Shown one piece after another: positions 26,797-41,164 of a stretch of DNA of 64,000 nucleotides. The position numbers and the translations under genes are program-made. The notes under the pieces were generated by a model, which saw only the letters and a program-made list of their open reading frames with translations, had not been told where the DNA came from and did not search any database. This DNA comes from Octopus sinensis (taxonomy: Eukaryota). The stretch is taken from assembly GCF_006345805.1 (NCBI RefSeq), contig NC_043007.1, positions 7,936,001 to 8,000,000 on the forward strand, written 5' to 3'. The stretch's first letter is position 1; every line of letters begins with the position of its first letter.

Positions 26797-26829
26797 TTAA
26801 TAATAATAATAATAATAATAATAATGATG

Positions 26830-27040
26830 ATTTCAAATTTAGCCACAACCCCAGCAATCTTGGTGGAGGGGATGAGTCGATTACATCAACCCCAGTGTTT
26901 CACTGGTACTTGATTTATCGACCCCGAAAAGATGAAAACTTAGGTCAACTTCGATGGAATTTGAACTCAGAACGTAGCGACGGGCGAAATACCGCTAAAC
27001 ATTTCGTCCGGCGCGCTACCGATTCTGCCAGCCAGTTGTG
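26830..27040 (-). mobile_element. Nin/Deu-domain SINE tail-to-tail with the Dong fragment
   Basis: Family motifs on the minus strand directly after the (AAT)n tract. Confidence 0.8.
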
Positions 27041-27139
27041 GGGGGGCACTCAGCGCCCTAACAACCAGAGAAATATGTCGGAGAAATTGGAATTGACATG
27101 AGAGCAGGCCGAAAAACTGCTCTACTGAGGACAGCTAGG

Positions 27140-27300
27140 ATTTATAGATTGGTGCTTGGGTGTTGAGTGTCTTCCACGATAAGGTAACACCCAAATACCA
27201 AAGCTTATAATTTGCAGAAAGAGACCCTCTGACAACAGGTTGCTGTCCTCTCACAGAATCAACCAGAACAAGTGAGACTGGGAACTCTGAGAAGTAAAAT
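27140..27300 (+). mobile_element. Possible further Dong 3' end before (TAA)n
   Basis: IGA and YNLQKETL fragments; 3' UTR TGAGACTGGGAACTCTGAGAAGTAAAA resembles that of the 35915 copy (TGAGACTGGACCTGAGTAAAA). Confidence 0.4.
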
Positions 27301-27570
27301 GATAATAATAATAATAATAATAATAATATTGAGAAGAGCATTGTCGATGTGAGAACTGTTGCTGCTCATGTATTTTAATTTAACTTAAAAAAATTAAAAA
27401 AATTGAACGAACTATTGAGTTTGGTTTAATGGCCTACCAATGTATACTATGAGTTTCTTTGCCCTAGGAGTCGGGAAGACACTCGGCAAGAAATGGAAGC
27501 AAATTTGAAAGAAGAAAAAAAAAAGTAATAATAATAATAATAATAATAATAATTAAAATAATAATAATAA

Positions 27571-28615
27571 GCGCACTGAGAAAGCACAAACCTCCGCCAA
27601 GGCAACACTAATGTCCTCTCAACGAAGAGCCAGAGATGATTTTTTAAATGAGAATATCTGAAATAAGCTCAACTGCTCTCACAAACGGGAATACTAAAAA
27701 TGAACCCGACCGCTCTCAAAAATTAAGTAAACAAAAATCGGATAAATAATCCAGAATCCTTGTCCGGTACCTGATCGATCCCGATGGTACTCATGGAATG
27801 TGAAGGTGGGTGTGCGAGCTTTGTTTTTAATGCTGTGTGTGTGCCGTCCGCAGTGGGAACTGGGACAGTTTTCTCTATGAAGGCCTTTTTTAGTCTATTC
27901 ACTGATACAGTGTCTTTACGACCATTAAAATCTATAGTGAAGAATTTATCTGTGCGGGAGAGAAAACGGAAAGGACCTGCATACAGTGTTGTTAATAGAG
28001 GTTTGAGAACATCGTTGCGCACGAAAACGTGGGTCCAAGAAGTAAAGCTTCCTTCAAGGCAGAGCTAGAAACGCAATTGTCAAGTAGATAAGAGGTTTTA
28101 AACAGGAGCGATATATTCGAAATTGGTAAAACTAAAAATTGTCGAGGATAAATTAAATTTATAATTGTTACTGAATATGTTAGTGTTATTTAATTTCTGA
28201 ACGGTTTTGCTGCCGTTTGCTTATGTAGTTTGATTTCTTTGTCCATGAGTTTCTACAAAGACAGAGACACGAGTAAAATCAATAACAGAGAAACGAAAAT
28301 AAAACTTTGGAAACAGCAACGCCGCCATAAATTACGTGAAAACCATGAACGTGCTTTCAAGGGAGATAATCGGAGAAAGACTTGAAAGCCAATGTAAGAT
28401 CGTAATACTTCATGTAAAGTAAATATAATAATTCAAGATCGTTGTCCGGTACCGGATCGATTCCGAAATCTAATCAGTTCGTGCCAGTCACGAGGCCAAA
28501 CATCCCTGAGAGTTTCATCCAAATCCATCCAGCAGTTCTTGAGATATGTTGTCCACGGACCAAACAAACAAACAAGACTGAAAACAATAACTCCACCTTC
28601 GCTAAGGCGGAGGGA
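27571..28615 (+). mobile_element. Helentron-associated non-autonomous (HINE/DINE-like) element with internal insert
   Basis: 5' GCGCACTGAGAAAGCACAAACCTCCGCCAAGG; 3' TTTCATCCAAATCCATCCAGCAGTTCTTGAG, (AAAC)n and terminal hairpin CTCCACCTTCGCTAAGGCGGAG. Subterminal inverted match CCTCCGCC/GGCGGAGG. Confidence 0.55.
27870..28070 (-). mobile_element. Ty3/Gypsy integrase C-terminal fragment
   Basis: THVFVRNDVLKPLLTTLYAGPFRFLSRTDKFFTIDFNGRKDTVSVNRLKKAF shows the GPY/F motif and the typical VSxxRLK ending. Confidence 0.8.
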
Positions 28616-29133
28616 AGAAGAAGAAGAAGAAGAAGAAGAAGAAGAAGAAGAAGAAGAAGAAGAAGAAGAAGAAGAGAAGAAGAAGAAGAAGAAGAAGAAG
28701 AAGAATGAGCTTCTTGTATACAGTGCCCAGATGCCCTATAACACATCATATGGTTGTGGGGGTGAAGTGAGGGTGTTTGTTCAAAACGTTCATATGCGGA
28801 AGACCAGAATTTAGACGAAATATCAGGTGTCAACTGTAATTGCACGGATAGTGTTTCTGAGGGGTTGGAATTCCAGATGAAATCTTTAATGTTAAGAACA
28901 GAATCTCAGGTCGATGTCTAAAATGAATTAAAGGAATAAAGGAATAATCCACAATGCATTGCGGTAATATCAATAATTATCCAGCAGACAAATCAAAGCT
29001 GACGTCCTGCCAAATAATTATGGTCCTTTTACTGTAATGAATATTTTCGTTTACTACACTTCTACTCGTATCCACCATACTTTATCGACTTCTTTACTCG
29101 ATGTTGCAATTTTAAAAGTACTGTATGAGTGCT

Positions 29134-29139
29134 AAGCTC

Positions 29140-29184
<45 letters not shown>

Positions 29185-29259
29185 GTTATTATTATCATTA
29201 TTATTATTATCATCATTATTATTATTATCATCATCATTATTATCATCATCATTATTATT

Positions 29260-29291
<32 letters not shown>

Positions 29292-29378
29292 TATTATTAT
29301 TATTATTATTAGTATCATTATTATCATTATTATTATTATTATCATTATTATTATTATCATCATTATTGTTATTATTAT
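29134..29378. repeat. (ATT)n/(ATC)n compound microsatellite
   Basis: Direct inspection. Confidence 0.95.
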
Positions 29379-29465
29379 AACGTGCTTTCATTACACTACC
29401 GATATTATCGTGATTGGCTAGCCACCTCCCCCAAAGTTTCAGGCCTTGTGCCTATAGTAGAAACG

Positions 29466-29505
<40 letters not shown>

Positions 29506-29506
<1 letters not shown>

Positions 29507-30960
29507 GCTATAACATGCTAATTTGATTAACAGGAATGTTATCATGAGGCTTGGTGACAACAAGCCTCCTCAATTCTCAAGAATCTTTCTTAGGATTATT
29601 ACAAAATACAAGGTGGTACTTTTAAGCAGGTCGACAATGCGAGTCTCAGTTGCAATATCTTTTAGTCTTTTATGCAGCATTTCGAGTGTTGTACCAAATA
29701 CACCAGTTACTAAAGGAGCAGTTCTTATTTTAGCCTCCCACTTCCTCTTCTCTGGACAGATCCTGATATTTCTCAATTCTTTCCAGTTTCTCTGGTATCG
29801 GATCTTTCTTCATAGGGAATGACCGAACGCTGTTTGATTATTTTGTCCTCTATATTTATATGTGGTCTTCTTACTTTAACAGCATAGTCAGTCTTCATGG
29901 GGAAGTCCCATAAAATCCTAAAAGTCTTATTCTCTATCACAGCCTCTGTTCATACTACTTTCTTGTTATTTCAAAACCATGTACTAGGCAAACATCCCAA
30001 TGCACTCTTTTACCTACATAGTCATGTCTGCGCTTATACTCTTTTTCTGCTAACTTGCTGCAATCACTCAAGACATGATTGATGCTTTCGCTTCCTTTCC
30101 TGCAGATTCTACATTTGCTGTTGGACTGAATTTTGTTGGTATTTGCGTTTATCAGAGTCGTCCAAATGGCTTGTTCCACGGTGTTTCAGTCTCCCGTATC
30201 AGGTTTTCGTCTTTAACCAAAGTTCTTACTTCTAATATCATTAATTGTTGCATGATTTGCCCATGAAATTACATTTCTTTCCATTTGTTGTTCTTCCTTC
30301 AGTTCTTGAATTTTCCTACTGTTTCAGTAACTTTCGTGGGACCTCAACCTACTGATATTATTCTTTCTTCACACAGTCACAACATAAGTTTTCAGTCCCA
30401 ATATCGCAGTATTTACGATGTCTTCTGCCTCTACCACCTTCCTTTCTTCGTATATATAATCTGTCGATATTACATTTAGGGCGGCAAGCATTATGCACTG
30501 TGAGCAGCTTCCTAGTTCTTCCATCCAAGTTCGGTAGCTCGACATTTGTCTATTTTAGAAATGGGGCAGAGTGTCTCAATACTGGCATAACTCGTGTATC
30601 TATTGCCTTAATAATGTTCCCCCCATTTCATTGTTTCCAGAACCTTCTTAATTCACCTCTTGCACTGTTTAGAGATTTTCTTTCTTTTCATCTTCCATTG
30701 ACAGATCGTCTTGCGGCACACCCAGGTATTTTTGTCCCTCATTATTCTACAGCGATCTAATGTTCTTTCGTGGTAATTTGACGCCTTTCTTCCGGCCTTT
30801 CTTCGTAATTTCCACTCCACCTTTATTTACCCGAAACTGCCACTTATTATCCTTGCTGAATAATCTTGCTGTTTGGATCAGAGAATCCAGCTCTTTTTCA
30901 TTTTTGCATAAAGTTTGAGATTATCCATATAAAGCAGGTAATTTATTCTCACGTCGGTTT
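29506..30960 (-). mobile_element. 5'-truncated, decayed R4/Dong LINE (RT end, zinc knuckle, RLE C-terminus, 3' UTR)
   Basis: INYLLYMDNLKLYAKNEKELDSLIQT; GGNIIKAIDT...RTRKLLTVH...DRLYIRRKEGGRG; CRICRKGSESINHVLSDCSKLAEKEYKRRHDYVGKRVHW. 3' stem-loop GAGGCTTG/CAAGCCTC at 29546-29568; ends at (TAA)n. Confidence 0.9.
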
Positions 30961-31463
30961 CTGTAAACTCATAGGCTAGATTGAATTTTCTCAGTCCACT
31001 TGTCAGAGAGATTAAAGCAATGATGAAGAGTAGTGGCGATAGCGAATCTTCCAGGAAGATCTGCCTGCGTGTTTCACGTTTCCTAACGATTCATTTGCGC
31101 ATGTCAATTCCACTCTCCACACTCGCATTACTTTTCCCAAAAAGCTGGTCAATTTCGCGGTTCCCCTTGAAAAATTAGTTAATGCGTGGTTGTGTGGTAA
31201 GAATCTTACTTCCCAACCGCCACCTAGCGGTACGGCAAAAGAGACTGATGGAATAAGTACCATTCATTCGACTAAAACTCCAAGCCGATGCCCCAGCATG
31301 GCCGCAGTCTAATGACTGAAACAAGTAAAAGATGAAAGATATATATCTATATATGTATATGAATGTATAAGCATATATGCAAACCTATGATTATGTACAT
31401 ATATAAATATATATGTATATGTGTGTGTGTGTGTGCGTGCACGTTTGTATGCGTGTGTGCATG

Positions 31464-31498
<35 letters not shown>

Positions 31499-31530
31499 GA
31501 TAGATAGATAGATAGATAGATAAGATAGAT

Positions 31531-31604
<74 letters not shown>

Positions 31605-32052
31605 TTCACATATATACATCGCAAACACACGCACACACGTGTATATGTTGCAGAACATTATGCTATTTCCTGTTATACTGTATGACCCAAAGATAAGCCT
31701 TCTTCTCAAATCTTGCTAAAGTATAACATGAAGCTACCTGCAACTACCAAAATATTCTTCCTACGCAACTCAATCCAATCATCTCAATATGATTTCACAC
31801 GAGTAAATCCTATCTGCAATATCCAATAAAGACGTTGCTACACTGCTTTCTGTCGCCTTTATTGAACTCTAACGTCATCACATCCATAACATTGCATCTC
31901 CAGCGCAGTATTGCGGCCATTGAATATATTCATGGCAGACGCGTGTCAGCAGGTGTGTCCTGCAGGCATCAACGTGATGCTATCACTGCATGCTCCAGTG
32001 ACATTTAACCGCCCACAGCAGCCCTCATTTTCAATTATGTGTGTGTATAGGT

Positions 32053-32490
<438 letters not shown>

Positions 32491-32525
32491 ATAAAAGAAT
32501 GCGCGAGCGTGTGTGTGTGTGTGTG

Positions 32526-32775
32526 TGGAGGCGCGTGGATTAGTGGTTACGGTGCTGGACTCATGGACGTACGATTGTGGTTTCCATTCCTGGACCGGGC
32601 GACGCGTTGTGTTCTTGAGCAAAACAATCCATTTCACTTTGCCCCAGTCCACTCAGCTGGCAAACAGGAGTAACCCTGTGATGGATCGGCGTCTCATCCA
32701 GGTGGGGAATATATACACCATGAAATCGGCAAACCGACCCTCATGAGACTGGCATGGCTCGAGGAGGAAACATTT
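32526..32775 (+). mobile_element. OR-type tRNA-derived SINE
   Basis: GGAGGCGCGTGGATTAGTGG...TTTCCATTCC head, then TTGTGTTCTTGAGCAAAAC and AACCCTGTGATGGATCGGCGTCTCATCCAGG. Related copies at 11058, 24770 (minus), 40600 (minus), 43650 and 49915. Confidence 0.7.
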
Positions 32776-33464
32776 TATTTTATATGAGTGTATACATGAT
32801 TTTATATGAGTGTATATATGCATGCGATGGAAGGAGGCCATTAACTTATGAAATGTCTCTTGTTTAATCCCAGGCCATCTTTGATCCTGTAGACCCATGA
32901 TCAAAGGCTTCGCTTCTGTGGCTATCAATTTCTTTCTGTCATAATCCACCCGCGACTACATCATCCAATGTGCCTTCATTTATTTTTTTTTCTTGAGACA
33001 CTGTGTTATATGATTTGAAGGAGATTTGGCCAGTGTTTCCTTCAGTCTAGGCAACCCCATAGAAGTGTCCCCCTGTTGGTTTGAGGGAATGAACTGAAAT
33101 GAACAGATGTATGAATTACCAGATTTATTTCTATGGAGACAGGTCATAATTTGTCTTAGAATTACTGACATCAGTTTGTGAGAAGCTGTTTCTGTTCCCT
33201 GACCTATTGATCACATCTTTTCTAAACTGCACTGCTAAGTCTAATACAAAGATTATGGTGAATGGATCGTCAAATATCTCCATAGCACTCTGTCTATACT
33301 TGTATGCGAGATTGTATATTTTACACTGTACACACAGACAATGCTATAAATAGAGAACGTTATTAGCAGAGACAGAGGGGAAGCAAGAGAATAAGAGAGA
33401 AGTCGTGAGAGTAAAGAGAAATATGGCGGAACGAAGTGAATTGGAAAATAAACACAGAATGAGA

Positions 33465-34119
<655 letters not shown>

Positions 34120-34120
<1 letters not shown>

Positions 34121-34375
34121 GTACGTTTAAATATTTGTTGTGCAAGATTTTTTATGTGAAGTCGTGTGTTGAAACAGATATTGTTATATTTCGGAATGGT
34201 CATATTGCCAGTTTAGCCAATAAAAACACACGCACTATATATTTGGTGCTATTTTGCTTCAGTGATATTTATTTTTTACATTAATCTTAATCTTATTTCG
34301 GCCAAAGTTCTTTCGTCACACTCCTGTGACCGCATCAGTGGTCCTTTGTTTTCTTCTCACTTACTTGTGTCTCTC
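34120..34375. mobile_element. Penelope pLTR-like repeat; related start at ~52580-52790
   Basis: Shares TGCAAGATTxTTTATxTGAAGTCGTGTGTTGAA with the 52590 region; hammerhead-like core at 34295-34345. Confidence 0.4.
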
Positions 34376-35914
34376 CTTACTAACCGTCAGCCATTTTGTA
34401 TTTCTATAGAAATACAAAATGGCTGACGGTTAGTAAGGCTGGCCTTACTAAGGTGCGAACCTTAGAGCTGTATTAAGGATGATAGGATTGATTGAGGAAT
34501 AATAGCCACAGACGTCGAACTGGATAAATTTAGTGTTTAGTTTATTATCGATAGAGTTGAACCAGTCCACAACTTGGAAATAGTTGGACCAAAGACGAAG
34601 TTTAATTATTTCCGTTAATGTGGGAAAGTAATTAGCGAGAGTCTTTTTGCTAAGTATGCCTCCCTATCTTTTTATGCATTTTCCCTTCTCTCACGCTATG
34701 AAGTATATTTCCTTAACGACACTTAAACTTTCAGCGTTCCCTCACTACTTGGCTTTCCATATTAGTACATGCGTATATATCTGGTTTTACTCTTGTATGT
34801 GTGTATGCTATGTTTGCATACAAACGTGTATATGTGCTAAAGTAAATGTGTATCTGTGTATGTAAGTATGTGTTTGGGTCTAAATATGTTTTGGGAAGTG
34901 TATGTGAACGAGTGTTTATGCGTATAAGTAGATGGTCGTAAACGTCTATTAACGTATACGTATGTATTTATGTATGTGCGGTGAGTATATGTATGAGTGT
35001 ATGTACGTATATATGTGTGAGTGTATATATGTTTGCAAACATGTTCGTGTTGGTACAAATATAAATATGGATATATATATGTATGTGTATGTATATATAT
35101 TTGTATATGTGTGTGTGTGTGTGTGTTTATGAGCATGTTGCATATATGCGTGTGTGTACGTGTGCGTGCATATGCATATAAATACGTCACATTTTCTAGG
35201 GCTTCCTATATCTGTAAAAATGTCTATTTGATGGGTGTTTTTGTTTATATCTTTCCTGATAATATTGATGCATAGCTGACGATAATTCTTCCTGTCGAAC
35301 GTATTTTGAATGCATCTATCGAAACATATGTAGAAGATAAGAAGATATAAATGTTTTAATAACATTCTGAGCGTTTGTCTCCTTTTTCAAATTTCCCTAT
35401 TTATATATATATATGATTTTTTTTTGTAATGAGATAAAAAACCAAGGCTGTATAGATATTAGATCATTTATAGATAGAATGTCTTACAGCTGTTTCTAGG
35501 ATATTTATTAATTATATCCCTTCATCGGAGACGGTGAGAGAGGAAGCGTTAAGTCATAGTTAGTTTCGATGTGATATAAATAGAGAGTGAGGTGGAGGAA
35601 AGAAAATAGATGTAAGATGTGTATGGTTATTGAGTTCATAAATCTGCTTTATAGGCATAATGGTATATATGTGTATTATTCCAATACTCTTTGAGTAAAA
35701 TCCAAAAGTCCAACAGAATTTAATATATAACACGCGTTTTTTTCTTAATATTCTCTAAAGCAATCTTCCTATATAAAGTTTGAAAACCATGTACATATAG
35801 TCAAGAGTAATCGATTGAATAGCTTAATCTTTTAGTGATCTTCTTTGTTACGTTTCGATCCATGAGGTCAACGTCAGTGCACCCGATATTTATAAGGAAA
35901 TGTAGGGGAGATTT

Positions 35915-36490
35915 TTATTATTATTTTGGGTTTTACTCAGGTCCAGTCTCATTCCTGGTAGGGTTTATGTTAGTATCGGGTTACTACTTGTCTTTTAAGT
36001 GCTTAGAACCATCCTGATAATCCTCGCTGTCCCCAAGAGAGAAACTTTCTGTAGGAGCTCTACCGGGCATTCTATTCCAACCTCCTTCAGCCATTTCTCT
36101 ATACCTTTGCTTATACACCAATTATTACAGGTACGACCATTACTGTTCGCAGACTCTAAATTCTTCATATTTTAAAATTTAAGGGATTTTGTTTGTTTGT
36201 TTTTTCTTCCGCCTCCTTGTTTACGATCCTAGAATCAAACGGACATGATGGATCGGTAAGTAAGCAACTTCCCTATTCCTTATCTATAATCGTTTTATCC
36301 GGTTTCTTACTTTCTAATTTCTTGTCCGTTTGAATTAGAAAGTCCCACAAAATCTCACATTTCTCCGATTCCAGAACTCTTTCGACTCAAGGATTCTACC
36401 ATGTGTTTCCAGCTTCAAATCCCCATTTCTGGCACAGTTTCCACTGTAAAACTTTTACAGCCTGGCCGTGCCTCCATTTCTTATATATTT
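35915..36490 (-). mobile_element. R4/Dong LINE RLE-domain fragment flanked by (TAA)n on both sides
   Basis: WKLCQKWGFEAG...CEILWDFLIQTDKKLESKKPDKTIIDK...VVPVIIG...ELLQKVSLLGTARIIRMVLST*, including the PD motif of the restriction-like endonuclease. Confidence 0.88.
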
Positions 36491-36492
36491 CC

Positions 36493-36536
<44 letters not shown>

Positions 36537-36782
36537 GTTATTATTATTCATATACACTCAACAGATTCGGCTGTTGGAAAAGAAAAGAATCCTAACATCG
36601 GGCTACAACAAGTTGCCTTAGATGCCCTTAAGAACCCTCCTAAGTCCCCTAGCTGTCCCTAATTATTAATATTGTTATTATACAGAATAAAAATATTAGT
36701 TATATATGTGTATGTATATATATATAATTATTATGTACACACACATGCACACACACGTGTGTATGCATGTGTGTGTGTGTGT

Positions 36783-37330
36783 TTTATCTTTTACTTGTTT
36801 CATGCTGAGGAACTGCCATGAAGAATTTTTAGTCGAATGGACCAACCCCAGAACATGTTTTGTTTTTAAGCCTGGTACTTGTCCGATCGGTTTCTTTTGC
36901 GGAACCGCTAAGATATAGGGACATAAACACACCAATGCCGGATGACAAGCAGTGGCGGAAACAAATACAGACACACTGACACACTCACACAAACTCACAA
37001 GCACACACATACACAAACATATATGTGTATACGACAAGCTTCTTTCAGTTTCCGTCTACCAGATTCACTCACAAGGCTTTGGTCGTCCCGAGGTTATACC
37101 TAAGGTGCCACTATTATAAAGCGGCGAGCTGAAAAGATAGTAATCCGGACAAAATGCTGCTACGCATTTTGTCCGTCTTTACGCTGATTTCAAATTCCTC
37201 CGAGGTCGACTCTGACTTTCATTCTTTTGAGGGTCATAATAGGTACCGGTTGGGCACTGTGGGGTCAACTAATCGATTATCCCACACCCGTAAATTTTCA
37301 GGCCTTGAGCCTAAAATAGAAAGGACTATT
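36783..37330. mobile_element. CORE-type SINE (minus, 36783-37110) back-to-back with a Nin-SINE (plus, 37118-37330)
   Basis: Family motifs as above. Confidence 0.7.
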
Positions 37331-39621
37331 ATTATTATATACATACACCATATTTTTGTCTATCACTATTGATCAACTGAGAAGAGAAATCAAATTATGT
37401 GCAGTCTGTGTTTGTGTTATTTACATTTTAAGTTGCGTAGTTGAAGAAAGAGAAATCAGATCGAACAGTGAGGAAGACGAAGAAAGAAAAATCAGATCGA
37501 ACGGTGATGAAAACGAAGAAAGACTATGAATAACAATAATAAGCTTAATTTATTTTTTATTGCCCAAAAGCAGGGTAGTTCACCAGGGTATTCTCGTTTT
37601 CAGGTGTTCTAAAGAATTTAGAATCTTTCTTATCTCTAAAACTCGTTGTTTGTGATAAAGATATCTGCAAGACATTTTCGGGTTTAAAAAAGAAAATTTG
37701 AGATCGAAGTTGAATTTCTTGTATTTTCAATACATCTGAGGGTTTTTTTTCCTTTATCTTTTTTCAGGTAAAGTGAAGTAAATCTTTTTTTGAAGCTTCA
37801 AAGCTAACCTTTATAAATAAAAATTTGAAAAAAATGAAAAAGTAGAAAATAATGTCGAGACTTTATTTAATTCTTTATTCATTCACAAACATTCGTTTCA
37901 ACCTATGTCGGCATCATCAGTGTAGCTTAATTTTACAGAGAATTCCCGAGACAAAAGAAATATATTTCTTGTCATATATCTTTTATTTGCTTCAATCATT
38001 GGATTGCGACCTTGAAGAATCTTTTAGTCGAACAAATCGACTCCAGTACTTTTTTTAAGCCTGTACTTTATCGTTCTCTTTTGCCGAACCGCTAAGTTAT
38101 GAGGGTGTAAACAAACCAACAACGGTTGTCAATCGGGGAGGGGGGCAGTCAATAAGGTGGAAGTAACGATGTTTTAGGTGAGGAAGTGAGGTGAAGAAGA
38201 AGAAGAAGAAGAAGAAGAAGAAGAAGAAGAGCTTCAGATTTTAGAACAAGGCCAGATATTTTAGAGAGAAAAGGTTTAGTCAGTTTTATTGACTACAGTA
38301 TTCAACTAATACCTCATTTTATCAACCCCTAAAGACTAAAAGGCTAAGAGGCTAAGTTACCTCGACGGAATTTGAACTCACATCTTGAAGAGCCGAACGA
38401 AATTCCACCAAGCATTTCGTTCGATGCGCTAACAATTGTACCCGCTAGCCGTATATATATAAACCTGAACAAGTCCAGCAATTTAGAGGGGACGGGGGTC
38501 AATTCGATTAACTTGACCTCAGTTCTTGATTGATACTCTAATTTATTTTAAGTTGAATTCGGCGGGATTTGAACTCAGAATTTAAAGAGTTTTGGGCATC
38601 GCACACTAGATCCTTATAATAGAAGCATTCCTTTTGTCGCTCCAGTGTCTCTGCCATTTGCACTGCCTTTAAATGATTCCTGGTTGAGGCACAAATCCAG
38701 TAAGTTTGAGGGCAGTACCTTAGCGGTTCAGCAAAAGAGACCGATAGAATAAGTACTAGGCTTACAAAGAATAAGTCCTGGGGTCGATTTGCTCGATTAA
38801 AGACGGTGCTCCAGCATGGCCGCAGTCAAATGACTGAAACGAGTAAAAGAGAGTAAAAAGAAAGAGAAAGAGAGCAGGCTGTTAGGCGACACCATCCACC
38901 CCGCTGTTTGAGGGGTGCTTCATTTTATTGACCTCGTAAATATGGAAAGAAATGTTGACCTCGGCCGGATGACATGCCACAAAGCATGTCATCCGGCCGA
39001 GGTCTTGTGGTGTTCTAAGGATTCTTCCAGATCGCCACACTAAGAATGGTCTCTAGTTTACAGGCACGAGACCTGGTACTTAGCGGGGAAAGAGGAAATT
39101 AGCCAATTTAGCCATTAGTATTCGAGTCGTATTTGATCTCATCGGCCCCGACATGGCACAGATTATGGCTTCTTACATAACGTTAGTTCAAGACCCCTAC
39201 ATTTTGCAGAAGCAGTGTAAGTTATTGTCAATAGAAATTTCTCTTAGCACTCGACTGATTCATATTTTATTATTTATCGACCCACGAAGGAGGAAAGTTT
39301 AAGTCGAGCGACGAATAAAATACTATGAATATAATCTGTTCCTTGAAACATTATGTTGCAAAATGTCACACAGTGTTGTACGTCCAACGCAGAACAATTA
39401 AAGACATGACGCAACACAACAACACTTTATGTCAACTATGACATTACCGAGGCAGTCGCTTATATGCCAACCTGATATATTGATTTACTGGCAAAGTGTG
39501 GTGAGCTCGTATGTGTGTGTGTGTGTGTGTGGGTGGTGTATATACACACATATACATATAGATTTATATATACGTATATACATAATATATATATATACAT
39601 ATTTCTATGGAGATATACACT

Positions 39622-39668
<47 letters not shown>

Positions 39669-39693
39669 TACACACACATACATTCGTATAAAT

Positions 39694-39730
<37 letters not shown>

Positions 39731-39800
39731 AACTTACCTATGAAATAAATCAACATTTTAAGTATTTGTGTGAATGAGTATATATGTATAAATATATATG

Positions 39801-39866
<66 letters not shown>

Positions 39867-40805
39867 AATATGTATCCATACTTGTGAGTATGTGTGTACG
39901 TGTGTGTAGGCATGTATATGCGTATGCTAGTGTGTGTGCGCGCGTGTGTGACCATGTGTTTATGCTTGTGGGAGTACTATGAACAAGTATGTGTGTATGT
40001 GTGTGGCATGTGTGTATGTGTGTGTGTATGAGTTCAATTGTTCAATAAAAGTGTATTTATGCGAAACTCAAGATTTGCGAACAAATGGAAAGATTAGATG
40101 AGTGGTTGGCCGTAAATGGTTTTAGGTGCCATTGTCATTTTGCGAGGGGAAACGAAACAACAAAAATACCAAGAAATTTTCTACAACATCAACATAACAC
40201 GTAGGCATGGCTACGAACGTTGTTTTGGTTAGTTCTCTGTTCGATCCCAAGGCTTGGTGCCTTGAGCCAGTGTTTCCTTTTCATATACTTTAATTAGCCT
40301 GTATCTTGTGAATAGAATTTAGGAGCGGAAACTGTACGGAAGCCTTAATAATATCATTATATTACCATCAATGTATGTAACACTATAACTATGGAACGAA
40401 ACTGAAGAGATTCTGTTAATATCTAACATATTTATATATATATATATTATTCTACGGGACGAAATCGTGAACCTAGGCTGTATCTGATACACCTGCTCGT
40501 CAGCTAGACACGAAGAGGAGGAACATAACGAGCATCGTTAGAGACTAGAAGCCATCTTTGTGGTCCTATAGGGATAGGAAGTCAGTGCTAACGTTTGGCT
40601 GCCCAATGGCTCACTCTCCCTCCATCTGATCGACGTCGTCTGAACAGGTGCACAGGTGTGCCACGCTTCAGGTGTTGAAGTGATCAGAGAGCCACGTGAA
40701 ATGAAGTGTCTTGCTCAAGAACAGAACGCACCACCCGGTCCGGGAATTGAAATCTCAATCTCGCGAGTAAAACACCTTAACCATCAAGCTCTGCGCTCTC
40801 ACTCG

Positions 40806-40852
<47 letters not shown>

Positions 40853-41011
40853 CATATATATACATATATATACATACATATATACATATATATACGTACA
40901 TATATACATATATACATATACACATATACATACACATATATATATACACATGCATATATATACATATATATATACACATGCATATATATACATATATATA
41001 TATATATATTA

Positions 41012-41104
<93 letters not shown>

Positions 41105-41164
41105 TATAATATATATATATAGGCATATATACATACATATATATGTATAAATATATATGTGTAT

